64,000 bases of DNA from an uncultured Clostridia bacterium (GCA_944393265.1 CALXZO010000004.1:31409-95408), one strand, 5' to 3'. Shown: positions 45,368 through 54,989, counted from the first letter of the stretch. Numbers and translations: made by a program. The notes: generated by a model not told the origin, from the sequence alone.

Positions 45368-46267
45368 TTATATTTCTACTGCTTGTACACAGTATCTTTT
45401 ACTTGGTACATTTCTTACACAAGTAATTAAAGTAATTCTGTTATCTTCTGTTTTAGAAAGTTTAGACCAGTCAGTATCCTCAATTTCTGTAATTTCAGAT
45501 ACTTTGTATCTCATTGTTCCATTTTCGGTAATATATTGAATTTCATCATCAATTGTTAATTCAGTTAATCTTTTAAAATATCCTGCATTACCATTATTGT
45601 GTCCTAAAATCCCAATATTACCTTTATAATATGCAGTTTCATCAACGTGTCCTAAATCTGTTTTTAGAACTTCTAATGAATGTCCTTCTGCAACTTTTTG
45701 ATATAAGTTAATCTTATCTATTTTTAGAATTCCAACTGCCCCCTCTGGAACAACAATATTTGATTGTTCAACCTCCTCAACTATTTCTTGCTCTGGTTGT
45801 GTTTGTACTTCTTGATTAACTTGTTCATTTTGTACAACTTCTATTATTTCAATATTTTGTACATTTTCTTCTATAACTTCCTCAACTACATTCGTAGGAA
45901 CATTATTCTTTTCTTCTGTTGACTGTGTTGTCTGATTTGTAGTTCCTTGAGATGAAGTTGTTTCATTTTCGATTGTTGAACCGATATTTTCTTGTTTTGT
46001 AATTTCTTGTTCCTCGCTAGTTTCAGCTGACTTTTGTTCTTCATTCTCATCACCACTTCCTATTTGTTCTTTCTCTTTTGAAACTTCTTTACTTAAATTT
46101 TCTTCAAGCTGATTAGAACTGTTTTCTTGCTTATTAACTTCTTCTAATTGAGTTCCTTGTGAAATGTTGTTTGCTTTATCGTTAATTTTTCTCAAAATAA
46201 AAGGAGTAATTATACTAGTTAAAACTAGAATAATCACTCCTATAATAATTGCTGTTTTCCTTTCCAC
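45368..46267 (-). CDS. sortase (class D-like)
   Basis: N-terminal TM, low-complexity linker, GILGHN, ITLITC, KRY catalytic His/Cys/Arg. Confidence 0.88.
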   Translation of the reverse strand: MERKTAIIIGVIILVLTSIITPFILRKINDKANNISQGTQLEEVNKQENSSNQLEENLSKEVSKEKEQIGSGDENEEQKSAETSEEQEITKQENIGSTIENETTSSQGTTNQTTQSTEEKNNVPTNVVEEVIEENVQNIEIIEVVQNEQVNQEVQTQPEQEIVEEVEQSNIVVPEGAVGILKIDKINLYQKVAEGHSLEVLKTDLGHVDETAYYKGNIGILGHNNGNAGYFKRLTELTIDDEIQYITENGTMRYKVSEITEIEDTDWSKLSKTEDNRITLITCVRNVPSKRYCVQAVEI

Positions 46268-46268
46268 T

Positions 46269-47141
46269 TTAATAAACCCTCCTTGTATTATTTATATTTG
46301 TTTTTCTTTTCTTATTTTTACTAGAAATATTTTGTACTAGCCCTGCTATTATTAGAATTACCCCAATAACAAACATTACACCAGATACAATAACTAGAAT
46401 TGTATAATCTGCAACTTTAATATAAGTTACTTCATATTCAATAGGATTTATTTCTGTTTTCTCTATTGTTCCGGTATATGTAGCTGAACTTGTGTATTTC
46501 TTTTCTCCCTCAACCTTTTGACTTCCAATTCCTTTATAATTTGCAATTGCTATGTATGAAACTGGGACTTGTGAATTTCCTACCATTTCCGTATTTTGCA
46601 CTTTCCAATCTACTGATACAAGATTCATAGTTATACCGTTTTTTACTCTTGTTTTTGGTATTTTATCCATATCATTTTTTGAGTAATTTCTAAATTCTAC
46701 TCTATCAATAATGTTATATTTCTTATAATAACTTCCATCAGACACTTTAGTAGTAACTATTGAAGATGTGTCTAACACTAATTTTCCATAAAATTCATCA
46801 TCTTCTAAATATTCTATTTCGCTTGGAAATAGTGGCACTACATCTTCTATCTTATCTGAATCTGTTTCAACTATTTTGATTTGAGTTTCCTCTTTACTTA
46901 TAATAGCTGTTCCTCCACTTTTTGAAATATTATCTAATTCATACATCTTAAATCCATCTTTAAATTTTGTTACAAGTTCTCTTTCAAATTCATTTTCTGT
47001 TCCCTCTATAACTTCATATTTCTTTACCATATATGAATTATTGTTTTCTTTGTATTCTCTTATACTATTAGGTAATGCACTAGCAAACACCGTAGTACCT
47101 AATGTGCATATAGTTAATATCATTACTATAAATTTCTTCAT
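46269..47141 (-). CDS. secreted protein with C-terminal membrane anchor
   Basis: Signal peptide, C-terminal TM plus basic tail. Confidence 0.7.
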   Translation of the reverse strand: MKKFIVMILTICTLGTTVFASALPNSIREYKENNNSYMVKKYEVIEGTENEFERELVTKFKDGFKMYELDNISKSGGTAIISKEETQIKIVETDSDKIEDVVPLFPSEIEYLEDDEFYGKLVLDTSSIVTTKVSDGSYYKKYNIIDRVEFRNYSKNDMDKIPKTRVKNGITMNLVSVDWKVQNTEMVGNSQVPVSYIAIANYKGIGSQKVEGEKKYTSSATYTGTIEKTEINPIEYEVTYIKVADYTILVIVSGVMFVIGVILIIAGLVQNISSKNKKRKTNINNTRRVY

Positions 47142-47215
47142 ATTATTCCTCCATTCTATAATTATTTACTTTCTTACTTTATTGTTGGATCACGATTTCT
47201 TGTCATATAAAACAC

Positions 47216-47629
47216 CTACCTTTTCTTAACTATTCCATACAATATGGCTCTTACATAAATACTTCCTATTACTTCGTTTCTTAGCTCTTTAAACTTCTTC
47301 TTACTTAAGTTCATTACAGACTGTATATCTTCATCTGACCTCTTTTTTAAATATTTAAGTCTTATAAAGCCATAAAATCTCGGTTTTTCTTCCTTAAAAA
47401 AAGCTAGAGTTTCTTTTAAGAACTCCAGCCATCGTTTTATTTCTTTTAAATGATTTGAATCTAACAACTTTGCCACTTGATTATCCATACTATTTTGACC
47501 TTTTAGCCAAGTTGTTTTACTTATATTCATTCTCGATATGTAATAATCCCTTACTTCTTCTACAAGAACCTCTGGCTCGTATAGATGATATAAATATTTT
47601 TCTATTTTCTTATAATATTCTGACCTCAT
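47216..47629 (-). CDS. ArpU/sigma-region-4-like regulator
   Basis: KKIEKYLY N-terminus and C-terminal HTH-like 'IRLKYL....DEDIQ..MNLS'. Confidence 0.5.
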   Translation of the reverse strand: MRSEYYKKIEKYLYHLYEPEVLVEEVRDYYISRMNISKTTWLKGQNSMDNQVAKLLDSNHLKEIKRWLEFLKETLAFFKEEKPRFYGFIRLKYLKKRSDEDIQSVMNLSKKKFKELRNEVIGSIYVRAILYGIVKKR

Positions 47630-47646
47630 TTGTAAACCTCACTTCT

Positions 47647-48252
47647 TTAATATGATTCATAAACTAAGCTTTCTATATATTCGTGTCTATTCTTATGTTT
47701 TCTTCTTAATATATTCTTTTCCCTAAAATACATAGAAAAAGCATCAGCAAAATCTTCTGAATAATTATTATTTTCCTTTATTTTTGATTTTGAATAATCG
47801 CTTATATAGTTCCCATCATTTTTTACGTTTTCTATGTATTGGTCAAAATTGAAGTTATTTACTCTATTTAATTCGTTTGCATAGGTATGTCCTATTTCGT
47901 GATATAAAATATGTCTTTGAGTAGATGAATTGTATGCAGCATAATCATAAAGAGTAATAACATTTCCTTTTGTTACACCCGCAATATTCTCATTTTTGTC
48001 CTCAAAATGTATTTCTTTAACACCTTGTTTTACTTGAACTGGCAAATCATCCAAATAATCTAAAACAATATTCAATGATTTCTTGTCCTTTTCTCTAAAA
48101 ACGAATTTTGTTCCATTTTTGGATATAAAAAAAGTCCCCAACTCAACATTTTCTATTTGTTGAATTGAGGACTGTAAAATAACCTCATTATTCACATTTA
48201 AACCACAAAAATACATTGCAATAGCAGTAATAATATATATAATTTCTCGCAT
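47647..48252 (-). CDS. putative secreted zinc metallopeptidase
   Basis: HEIGH, ISDYS, SEDFADAF zincin motifs. Confidence 0.7.
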   Translation of the reverse strand: MREIIYIITAIAMYFCGLNVNNEVILQSSIQQIENVELGTFFISKNGTKFVFREKDKKSLNIVLDYLDDLPVQVKQGVKEIHFEDKNENIAGVTKGNVITLYDYAAYNSSTQRHILYHEIGHTYANELNRVNNFNFDQYIENVKNDGNYISDYSKSKIKENNNYSEDFADAFSMYFREKNILRRKHKNRHEYIESLVYESY

Positions 48253-48281
48253 ATAATATCTTAACTCGCAAATATGCCTTT

Positions 48282-48812
48282 TTAATTTATATGATATGCC
48301 ATAGATTCATTTAACGAATTTATAACCCTATTATAAAACTCTAATTCATTACTATCTTTATCAAAAAGCCAATCTGAAACAGCATTACATTTAGCTTCTT
48401 CTGCTATACATCTCAATGTACCGTCATCAACATTTAATTCTTCATATTTGTACTCTAGTTCCTTTTCAAAGAATTTGACCTTGTTTTTCATCAAAAAATA
48501 TAAAATGTCTGCGATTAAATCATATCCAAGAATATTGTAAAATTCTCCTAATATATCACCATTTATCTTTTCAGCAAGTTCCTCTGCAGCTGCCTGTTGA
48601 CCTTCATTTAAATTTTCTATGCCACTTACGCTAAAGACAGCATCTAAAATTTGACTTTCGGCTTCATAATACGTTTCGTACTTCTTATAAGCCTCTACTA
48701 TCAATAATTTTATTATATTTATATCTATTTGGGTAGTCTCATTAATTTTTACAAATTTTAAATCTTCCTCACTTACTATTTCTTTTACAAATTTTTTAAA
48801 ACTATTTCTCAT
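48282..48812 (-). CDS. hypothetical protein
   Basis: 176 aa, GGAGGAG RBS. Confidence 0.65.
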   Translation of the reverse strand: MRNSFKKFVKEIVSEEDLKFVKINETTQIDINIIKLLIVEAYKKYETYYEAESQILDAVFSVSGIENLNEGQQAAAEELAEKINGDILGEFYNILGYDLIADILYFLMKNKVKFFEKELEYKYEELNVDDGTLRCIAEEAKCNAVSDWLFDKDSNELEFYNRVINSLNESMAYHIN

Positions 48813-48924
48813 AATAACTCCTCCATTAAAAAAAGTAGCCTAAAGCTACTTAAATTTTTTAAAATATTTTTATTTTTTAAATAATTAGATAAATTTATAA
48901 AAAAGGTAAAAAAATCCAAAAATT

Positions 48925-48954
48925 ATATCCCCGGAATATCCCCAAAATATCCCC
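48925..48954. repeat. three ATATCCCC direct repeats, 11-bp period
   Basis: Copies at 48925, 48936 and 48947. Confidence 0.8.
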
Positions 48955-49074
48955 AAAAAGTTAAATTATTATGCCTTTTTTTGAATTATTGTAAACTATT
49001 TTGAAACTTTTTAAATTTTTGAAAAATTTTCTTTTAGCCTTACTCTTTCAAGCAAAACGGCTATTTTTAGGCAC

Positions 49075-49106
49075 AAAAAAAGTAGTATTTTTCAATACTA
49101 CTTTTT
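49075..49106 (-). terminator. intrinsic terminator after tRNA-Tyr
   Basis: agtagtatt/aatactact stem flanked by A/T tracts. Confidence 0.65.
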
Positions 49107-49109
49107 CAA

Positions 49110-49195
49110 TGGTGGGCAGAGGTGGATTCGAACCACCGTACTCGTATGAGAACAGATTTACAGTCTGCCGCCTTTAGCCACTCGGCCACCTACCC
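49110..49195 (-). tRNA. tRNA-Tyr(GTA)
   Basis: GGGTAGGTGGCCGAGTGG...CAGACTGTAAATCTG, long variable arm, GGTTCGAATCC, CCA end. Confidence 0.96.
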
Positions 49196-49240
49196 TTATA
49201 AATGCTATACAATGTTTATAAGTAAACACGATATAGCTTG

Positions 49241-49317
49241 TGGTGGATCTTCAGGGACTCGAACCCCGGACCGACCGGTTATGAGCCGGTTGCTCTAACC
49301 AACTGAGCTAAAGATCC
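49241..49317 (-). tRNA. tRNA with CAT anticodon, most likely tRNA-Ile2 (lysidine)
   Basis: GGATCTTTAGCTCAGTTGGTTAGAGCAACCGGCTCATAACCGG...CCA; Firmicute Ile2-type sequence, no initiator GGG/CCC anticodon stem. Confidence 0.9.
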
Positions 49318-49403
49318 ATCAGCTGACAAGCATTAGTATAATAAATAATTATCTTTTTGTCAACAAAAAAGTTTAATATTTTTTCTATATATGATAGACA
49401 TTG

Positions 49404-49577
49404 GGACGGAGTTTTTGTCTATATAGTTACAAAATACAAAATAGCGTTAAAAACATATGGAAATTTATATTACTTTATTAATCTTGCCATTGTTTATATT
49501 TTAAATTTGTAACGTACATCTTAAAACCAGTCTATCTAGGGTAATAGGTTCAACCAGTACATACAAAAACTCCGTCC
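49404..49577. repeat. 15-bp perfect inverted repeat flanking ~145 bp (REP/MITE-like)
   Basis: ggacggagtttttgt 49404-49418 and acaaaaactccgtcc 49563-49577. Confidence 0.65.
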
Positions 49578-49588
49578 TCATGTTTATA

Positions 49589-49801
49589 TTATTTGTTCAA
49601 ATATAACTTACAACAACAACTATTTTCTTCTCTCATTTTTTTGCATGGACATATTGTATCTTCATTTACAGTTAATACACAAGGGCAGTGTCCTCCCTTT
49701 TTTTCTAGCCCTATTAGTATTTTTTTTACATGTTCCTCATCATCATTAAGCCTCATATTTGGATTTAATCGCAATCCCTTTTCTATTATTTCATTTGTCA
49801 T
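49589..49801 (-). CDS. ferredoxin:thioredoxin reductase catalytic-subunit-like protein
   Basis: 70 aa with HCPC, ICPC and CCCKLY motifs. Confidence 0.8.
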   Translation of the reverse strand: MTNEIIEKGLRLNPNMRLNDDEEHVKKILIGLEKKGGHCPCVLTVNEDTICPCKKMREENSCCCKLYLNK

Positions 49802-49823
49802 AAAGCCACCTCCTTTTAATTTT

Positions 49824-50489
49824 TTACATTATTCCTCTTAATGTTGTAGGTATGTATTTTTCACAGGCCACTTGCATTTCTTTCATCATTTCTGCAGAGT
49901 ACGGAATCACGGTTTTATTATAATCAAAATAATTTTGCAGAACATAATTTTTAGCACCAACGCTTTTTAAATACTCCGCTATTTTTACAACATTTTCTTT
50001 TCCTAAATATTTAGGATAAACAGTTGTTCTAAATTCATATTTTTTCCCACTATTTAGTATAATCCTTACAGATTCTTTTATTTTATCTATATCTATTTTT
50101 CTTTGTGTTATTTCATTATAATTTTCAAAGTCATTTTTTATATCCATTCCTACGAAATCAATTTTATTTATGTTTCTTTCCAGTATTTCTGGGATATAGC
50201 CATTTGTGTGAATTCCTATCACAAATCCATTATCATATAATGTATTTATAATTCTCTCGAAATCTGGATGTACTGTACATTCTCCTCCTGATATAATTAT
50301 ATGATTTATAAAATCTTTTCTATCTAATAATTTAGGTAATATATCTTTATCAAAGTTTAACTCTTTTTCCTTTAAAAGTCCCCTATTATAGCAAAATTCG
50401 CAATCAAAATTGCATACACCTGTGAACAACGTCGTGCATATGTTGTCAGGATAATCAATCATACTTGACCATATCACTGATTTTATCAT
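49824..50489 (-). CDS. nrdG: anaerobic RNR activating radical-SAM enzyme
   Basis: SMIDYP, CNFDCEFCYN, SGGE, YEFRTT; in the nrdD operon. Confidence 0.9.
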   Translation of the reverse strand: MIKSVIWSSMIDYPDNICTTLFTGVCNFDCEFCYNRGLLKEKELNFDKDILPKLLDRKDFINHIIISGGECTVHPDFERIINTLYDNGFVIGIHTNGYIPEILERNINKIDFVGMDIKNDFENYNEITQRKIDIDKIKESVRIILNSGKKYEFRTTVYPKYLGKENVVKIAEYLKSVGAKNYVLQNYFDYNKTVIPYSAEMMKEMQVACEKYIPTTLRGIM

Positions 50490-50658
50490 TGTGTCCTCCT
50501 TTAATTTTTATACATTACTATTCGTATTATGTGTATAATTAGGAAAGATTTTGAACTAATTTTTGCTTATATGTAAAAACAGTCAAAAATTATCGTCAAC
50601 TTTCCTGTTGTACAAAAAATAAGCGAGCAAGAAGCCCGCCTATTAAACATTCTTCTAA

Positions 50659-50880
50659 TTACATTGCTACGATATTCTTTAATTTTTCTATGTCGCCAGA
50701 ATAAACCTTGCCATCTACCTCAACGGCAGGCATTTGTTCAATATCAAGGCTCACCATTTTAGCTCTTGCTATAAAATCCTCTTCTACATTTGTTTCTTCA
50801 TAACTTATATGACTATTTTTCATGTAATTCTTTAGTTCCTCACACATCGGACAATTTGGAATTGTATATGTCTTTATCAT
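50659..50880 (-). CDS. glutaredoxin/NrdH-like redoxin
   Basis: 73 aa, CPMC, QMPAVEVDG. Confidence 0.85.
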   Translation of the reverse strand: MIKTYTIPNCPMCEELKNYMKNSHISYEETNVEEDFIARAKMVSLDIEQMPAVEVDGKVYSGDIEKLKNIVAM

Positions 50881-50893
50881 TTATTTTTCCCCC

Positions 50894-53095
50894 TTAATTA
50901 GCTACAGTTTTATTAATATCCGCCTGCTCTTTTGCTACTTGCTCTCTATCAATATTTTCTCTCAATCTATCCGCAAGCTCTGCTCTTTTACCACTATTAA
51001 ACTTATCTATAAATACATAGTATCCTGTTATTCTTGTAACACCCCTAATATTAATACTTCCACACTTCGGGCATTGTTCTAATAAACCGTTACTCTTAGT
51101 CCTGCAATCGTGACATAATGTATATTCTGGTGATAACACCCATTGAACGCATTTAGTCTTATACCAAGTTGTTTCAAGTAAGTTGTATATTGCTTTTGGA
51201 CTAGGAGTATTATTTCCAGACCAAATATGTATCATACTTCCAGCTTCTACTAGCGTATGGAATTTAGATTGCTTTTGAAGTCTAGTTATATAGTCAACAT
51301 CACTATCTGCAGCAAAATGAACAGAATTTGTATAATACACACCGAATGAATTTTCCTTGTGGTATGCCAAGTCACCATATTTTTTAATATCCAACTTTGC
51401 AAATCTACCTGCAGTACTTTCTGCTGGAGTCTCCTCAAGCTTTAAATTAATTCCATACTTCTTACTTAGTTCTTTCGTTTTCTGATACATAAACGATATT
51501 ACCTCAAGTCCTAACATGTATGCATCATCTGACTCATGTAATTGTTCTCCAATTAAATTGTAAACACATTCATTTAATCCAACTATACCAATTAAGTAAG
51601 AGATGTTCTTAAGTCTTATATAAGCTTTCCCATCCATTCCTTTTGTATAGAAGCTAAGTGGAGAATTTTCTAAGCTTGCAAGCTTCCATACATAATTTTG
51701 TCTTTGGATACTTGCTCTAGCCGCCATCTCCATTCTTTTTTCTAGCTCTTTATAAAAAGCTTCTTTATTCTTTCCAACTTTTAACGGAATATTTGGCATA
51801 TTTATAGAAACATTTTGTCCCCCAACAAATCTCAATTCCTCTGGTGTATCTATAAGTTTCTTATCCTCTTCTGAAAAATCAATTTTTAATCTGCAACATT
51901 GAGAAACAGAAAAAGCATTTCTATCAAATATAAAATATGGACAACCATTTTTACTAGATGATTCACACGCAACCATAAGTAAAGCTTTTGCTTTTGGATC
52001 TGTAAAGCACTCTTCATTTATATGAAGATTAATTTTTGGAAATGCAAAAGGCATTCCGTCGGCATCTCCTTCTCCAACTACTTCAAGCAACGCTTTTGCA
52101 AAAATCATCGACTCTTGCTCATAATCTTTATATTTTAATATTCTTTGATTATTCTCGTCAGCAAACTTTTTTGCATCCTCTCTAGTGTCAAAATACGTTA
52201 TCTCATCTAACTCATTTGTAACCATGTACTTGCCTTTTGCTCCCATAGCATACACTTCTCTGTAATGGTGTGGTATCGTCGCATATACATTGAAATCAGA
52301 AAATGCAACTTGTCCACCTCTAGCACCAGCAAGCTGAGACAAATCAAAAATAAGCGTTTGTGCTAGTTGTTTTACTTCTTTGTATGGCATGCCTTTTAAT
52401 AATGGCGCAAAGAACACATTTATAGCTTCCCATCCTATTGCTCCAGCAAACTGACCTTGCAAAAATTGTGTAAAAGAACAAATATGTCTCGCAAGCACAG
52501 CAGCACTATTGGCTGGTTTAGAATTTGAAGGAATTGTCGGTATATTTCTAATTCCGTTCTTTTTAACATATTCTGGCGAATGTCCTGAACAATAAAATCT
52601 ATCAATCATACCTAAGTCATGAATATGTATCTCTCCAGATAAATGTGCAGCAGAAATATCTTCATCAAACACATTTTTTAATGCATACTCTTTTAGTATT
52701 CTCTCAGCAAGAGTTAAATTAATAGACTCTGGATTATGCGCAGTATTTCCATTTTCTTTATTTGCATTTTCAATAATCTCAGTGATATTGTAAAATGGAA
52801 TAGATGTTTCCGAATTACTTTTTAATTCTTTATTTAATCCTTTTTCAAGCAATACATTGTTAACCATAGATCTAATTAAAGACGTACTAACCTCCGAAAC
52901 ATTTGCATTTTTTAGCCTTTCCGTTACTGTTCCAGCAACCTCCCTTGCTAACATCTTATCACAATTTGCTTCCCTTACTAACGCATCAACTATAGCTGTC
53001 TCATCATATTCTTGTCTTTCTGTTTTTGTTGCAGACTCAACCATCAACGCTATATCTAACGCATTATTTTGCCTTTTTAATTTAATAACGTTCAT
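50894..53095 (-). CDS. nrdD: class III (anaerobic) ribonucleotide reductase with ATP cone
   Basis: IHIHDL, FYC, SQCCRL, EETPAES, YYTNS, C-terminal Zn site, RITGY glycyl-radical loop; ATG 53095 has an RBS. Confidence 0.95.
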   Translation of the reverse strand: MNVIKLKRQNNALDIALMVESATKTERQEYDETAIVDALVREANCDKMLAREVAGTVTERLKNANVSEVSTSLIRSMVNNVLLEKGLNKELKSNSETSIPFYNITEIIENANKENGNTAHNPESINLTLAERILKEYALKNVFDEDISAAHLSGEIHIHDLGMIDRFYCSGHSPEYVKKNGIRNIPTIPSNSKPANSAAVLARHICSFTQFLQGQFAGAIGWEAINVFFAPLLKGMPYKEVKQLAQTLIFDLSQLAGARGGQVAFSDFNVYATIPHHYREVYAMGAKGKYMVTNELDEITYFDTREDAKKFADENNQRILKYKDYEQESMIFAKALLEVVGEGDADGMPFAFPKINLHINEECFTDPKAKALLMVACESSSKNGCPYFIFDRNAFSVSQCCRLKIDFSEEDKKLIDTPEELRFVGGQNVSINMPNIPLKVGKNKEAFYKELEKRMEMAARASIQRQNYVWKLASLENSPLSFYTKGMDGKAYIRLKNISYLIGIVGLNECVYNLIGEQLHESDDAYMLGLEVISFMYQKTKELSKKYGINLKLEETPAESTAGRFAKLDIKKYGDLAYHKENSFGVYYTNSVHFAADSDVDYITRLQKQSKFHTLVEAGSMIHIWSGNNTPSPKAIYNLLETTWYKTKCVQWVLSPEYTLCHDCRTKSNGLLEQCPKCGSINIRGVTRITGYYVFIDKFNSGKRAELADRLRENIDREQVAKEQADINKTVAN

Positions 53096-53189
53096 TATTT
53101 CTAACCCCCTTCGTATTTTTGTTATATTCATCATTAGTTATTAAATAGTTTATCATTAGTAGTTTCTTAACTATATTCTTTATATTAAC

Positions 53190-53228
53190 AATTAAGAAAC
53201 TAAATAAATTTTATTTAGTTTCTTAATT
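53190..53228. promoter_or_regulatory. perfect 19-bp inverted repeat in the nrdD leader (operator-like)
   Basis: aattaagaaactaaataaa-t-tttatttagtttcttaatt just downstream of a TTGTAA...TGcTAGAAT promoter. Confidence 0.55.
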
Positions 53229-53472
53229 TATATTCTAGCATACCTATTTTTTTTTACAATAAAAAAATGCTAAATTTCTTGATAAATTTTTTGCAATTTT
53301 TTATGTTTTGTTTCAGTCATTTCAGGCATTTGCGGGCTCTACATTTTTACGTAAAATAATTATGTCCTTAATGTTTACGTAAATTATTTTGTATCAAAAA
53401 AGACGGCATTCGGTATTAAAATAAGTTTCATAATTTAACACCGTCTACCGTCTCTTTTGACTCATTTTCTTA

Positions 53473-54111
53473 TTATTCAAATTCAACACTATTTATAATT
53501 TTTTCAATTTCCTTTTTATTATTTTCAAACAAAACATTTGTGCCAGAAAACACAACTGTAATCTCTCTTTCTTCTAGAGGAAAAAGATATGAAATCATTC
53601 CTGGATAAATTCCACTGTACTTCCCTTCTATGTATATTTCAACTCTTCCAGCAGGCACATCATTAATTACTACCTCTTCATAATTAGAGCTTTTTATTAT
53701 TGCATCTTCGTTATATATTTTAAACATAGTTATATAATTCCTACAAATCTCATCTAAAGGCATGTTCGTTTTTTCTTTTTGTAGCCCCTCTACTAGCAAT
53801 GTTATTTTTGATTCCTTGCCCTTAACATGAATAAGTGGTTCAACCAACTTCAAATCAATATCTGTCGCCTTTTCCGTCTCAGTTAAGTCTATTGAAATTT
53901 GCGACGAAAATTTTTCAGTGCCATTTGTTTCTTCCTCAATATTTTCATAATCTTGTGGATATGCTATCGAAAAAGCATAATCTTCAACATGAACTTCTTT
54001 AAACCATTTCTTTCTCAACTCATTTACATACATTCCCCCAATAGCTACTGAAAAAAGCAATACAAAAACCCAAAATAAAAGCAATAACTTCTTCTTTAAC
54101 ATTTTTAACAC
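53473..54111 (-). CDS. membrane-anchored hypothetical protein (PsbP/DcrB-like fold possible)
   Basis: N-terminal TM, FSIAYP, C-terminal IINSVEF. Confidence 0.65.
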   Translation of the reverse strand: MLKMLKKKLLLLFWVFVLLFSVAIGGMYVNELRKKWFKEVHVEDYAFSIAYPQDYENIEEETNGTEKFSSQISIDLTETEKATDIDLKLVEPLIHVKGKESKITLLVEGLQKEKTNMPLDEICRNYITMFKIYNEDAIIKSSNYEEVVINDVPAGRVEIYIEGKYSGIYPGMISYLFPLEEREITVVFSGTNVLFENNKKEIEKIINSVEFE

Positions 54112-54127
54112 CTCTTTATTTTTAGTA

Positions 54128-54989
54128 TTATACAGGATTTATATGGACGACAACATCGTGTACATCCTTTAATTTCATAACATCTGCTTTCAATTTTCCA
54201 GCAATCTCATGACTTTTATTTACCGTCATATTTCCATCAACCGATACCTTAATTACAACAATAAAAGCTTTTCCAGTAGCCTTAGATGTTATTTTATCAA
54301 TATGATCTATATCATCATACCCTTGTATAATCTGCTTTATCTCTTCCTTTACTGTTTCATCAATAGCTTTATCCGTCAAAACCGAATAACTCTGTTTAAA
54401 GAAATCTACTGCAACCATAAATATTTTAATTGCAATCGCCACAGAAACTACACCATCTAACCAATAAATATTAAACTTGCTCGCAATAATTCCAACAAGC
54501 ACTGAAAAAGTAATTAATACATCGTTCCTATTGTCTTCCGAATTGGCCAATATTAAGATGTTCTCATCTCTATTTCCAATTTTTCTTGTATACAAATAAA
54601 GACCAAGTTTAAGAAAAATGGTTACAAAACATACTACTATTAAAGCAATAGAAAAATTAAAAACTTTTTTATGTAAAAGCGAATCGACTCCATCAAACCC
54701 TACAGTTACTGCTAAATACCCCATCACTATACTAATCACTAATGAAAAAACATATTCAGCTTTTCCATATCCATAATTATGTTCATTATCTGGAGCGTTT
54801 TCTGATATCTTCCCACCAATATATGTCATTAGTGAAGAAAGTATATCCGTGCCACTATTAACAGCATCGGCAATCATGGCTTGACTTCTGCTCATATATG
54901 CCACCAAAAGTTTTATAAAAAACAAAAAAGTATTTCCTATCATGCCGAATTATACCGACTCGTGCAGTATCTGTATTTTTGCTATCCAT
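54128..54989 (-). CDS. cation diffusion facilitator transporter, +1 shift at CGG-C (54945-54947)
   Basis: GGGGAGGAG RBS then ATG 54989: MDSKNTDTARVGII-(C)GGC-MIGNTFL; SQAMIADAVNS.TD, HNYGYGKAE, VHINP. Confidence 0.85.

Larger units (their letters stand above)
7449..49109 (-). mobile_element. integrative conjugative element adjacent to the tRNA-Tyr 3' end (left boundary unresolved, may extend beyond position 1)
   Basis: T4SS, relaxase, helicase, ParB and adhesin-sortase modules plus typical cargo; no integrase or second att copy found in the window. Confidence 0.8.

Noticed and set aside
49110-49317. tRNAs as frameshift suppressors
   Set aside because: Both have normal 7-nt anticodon loops (GTA, CAT) unrelated to CGG or GGN.
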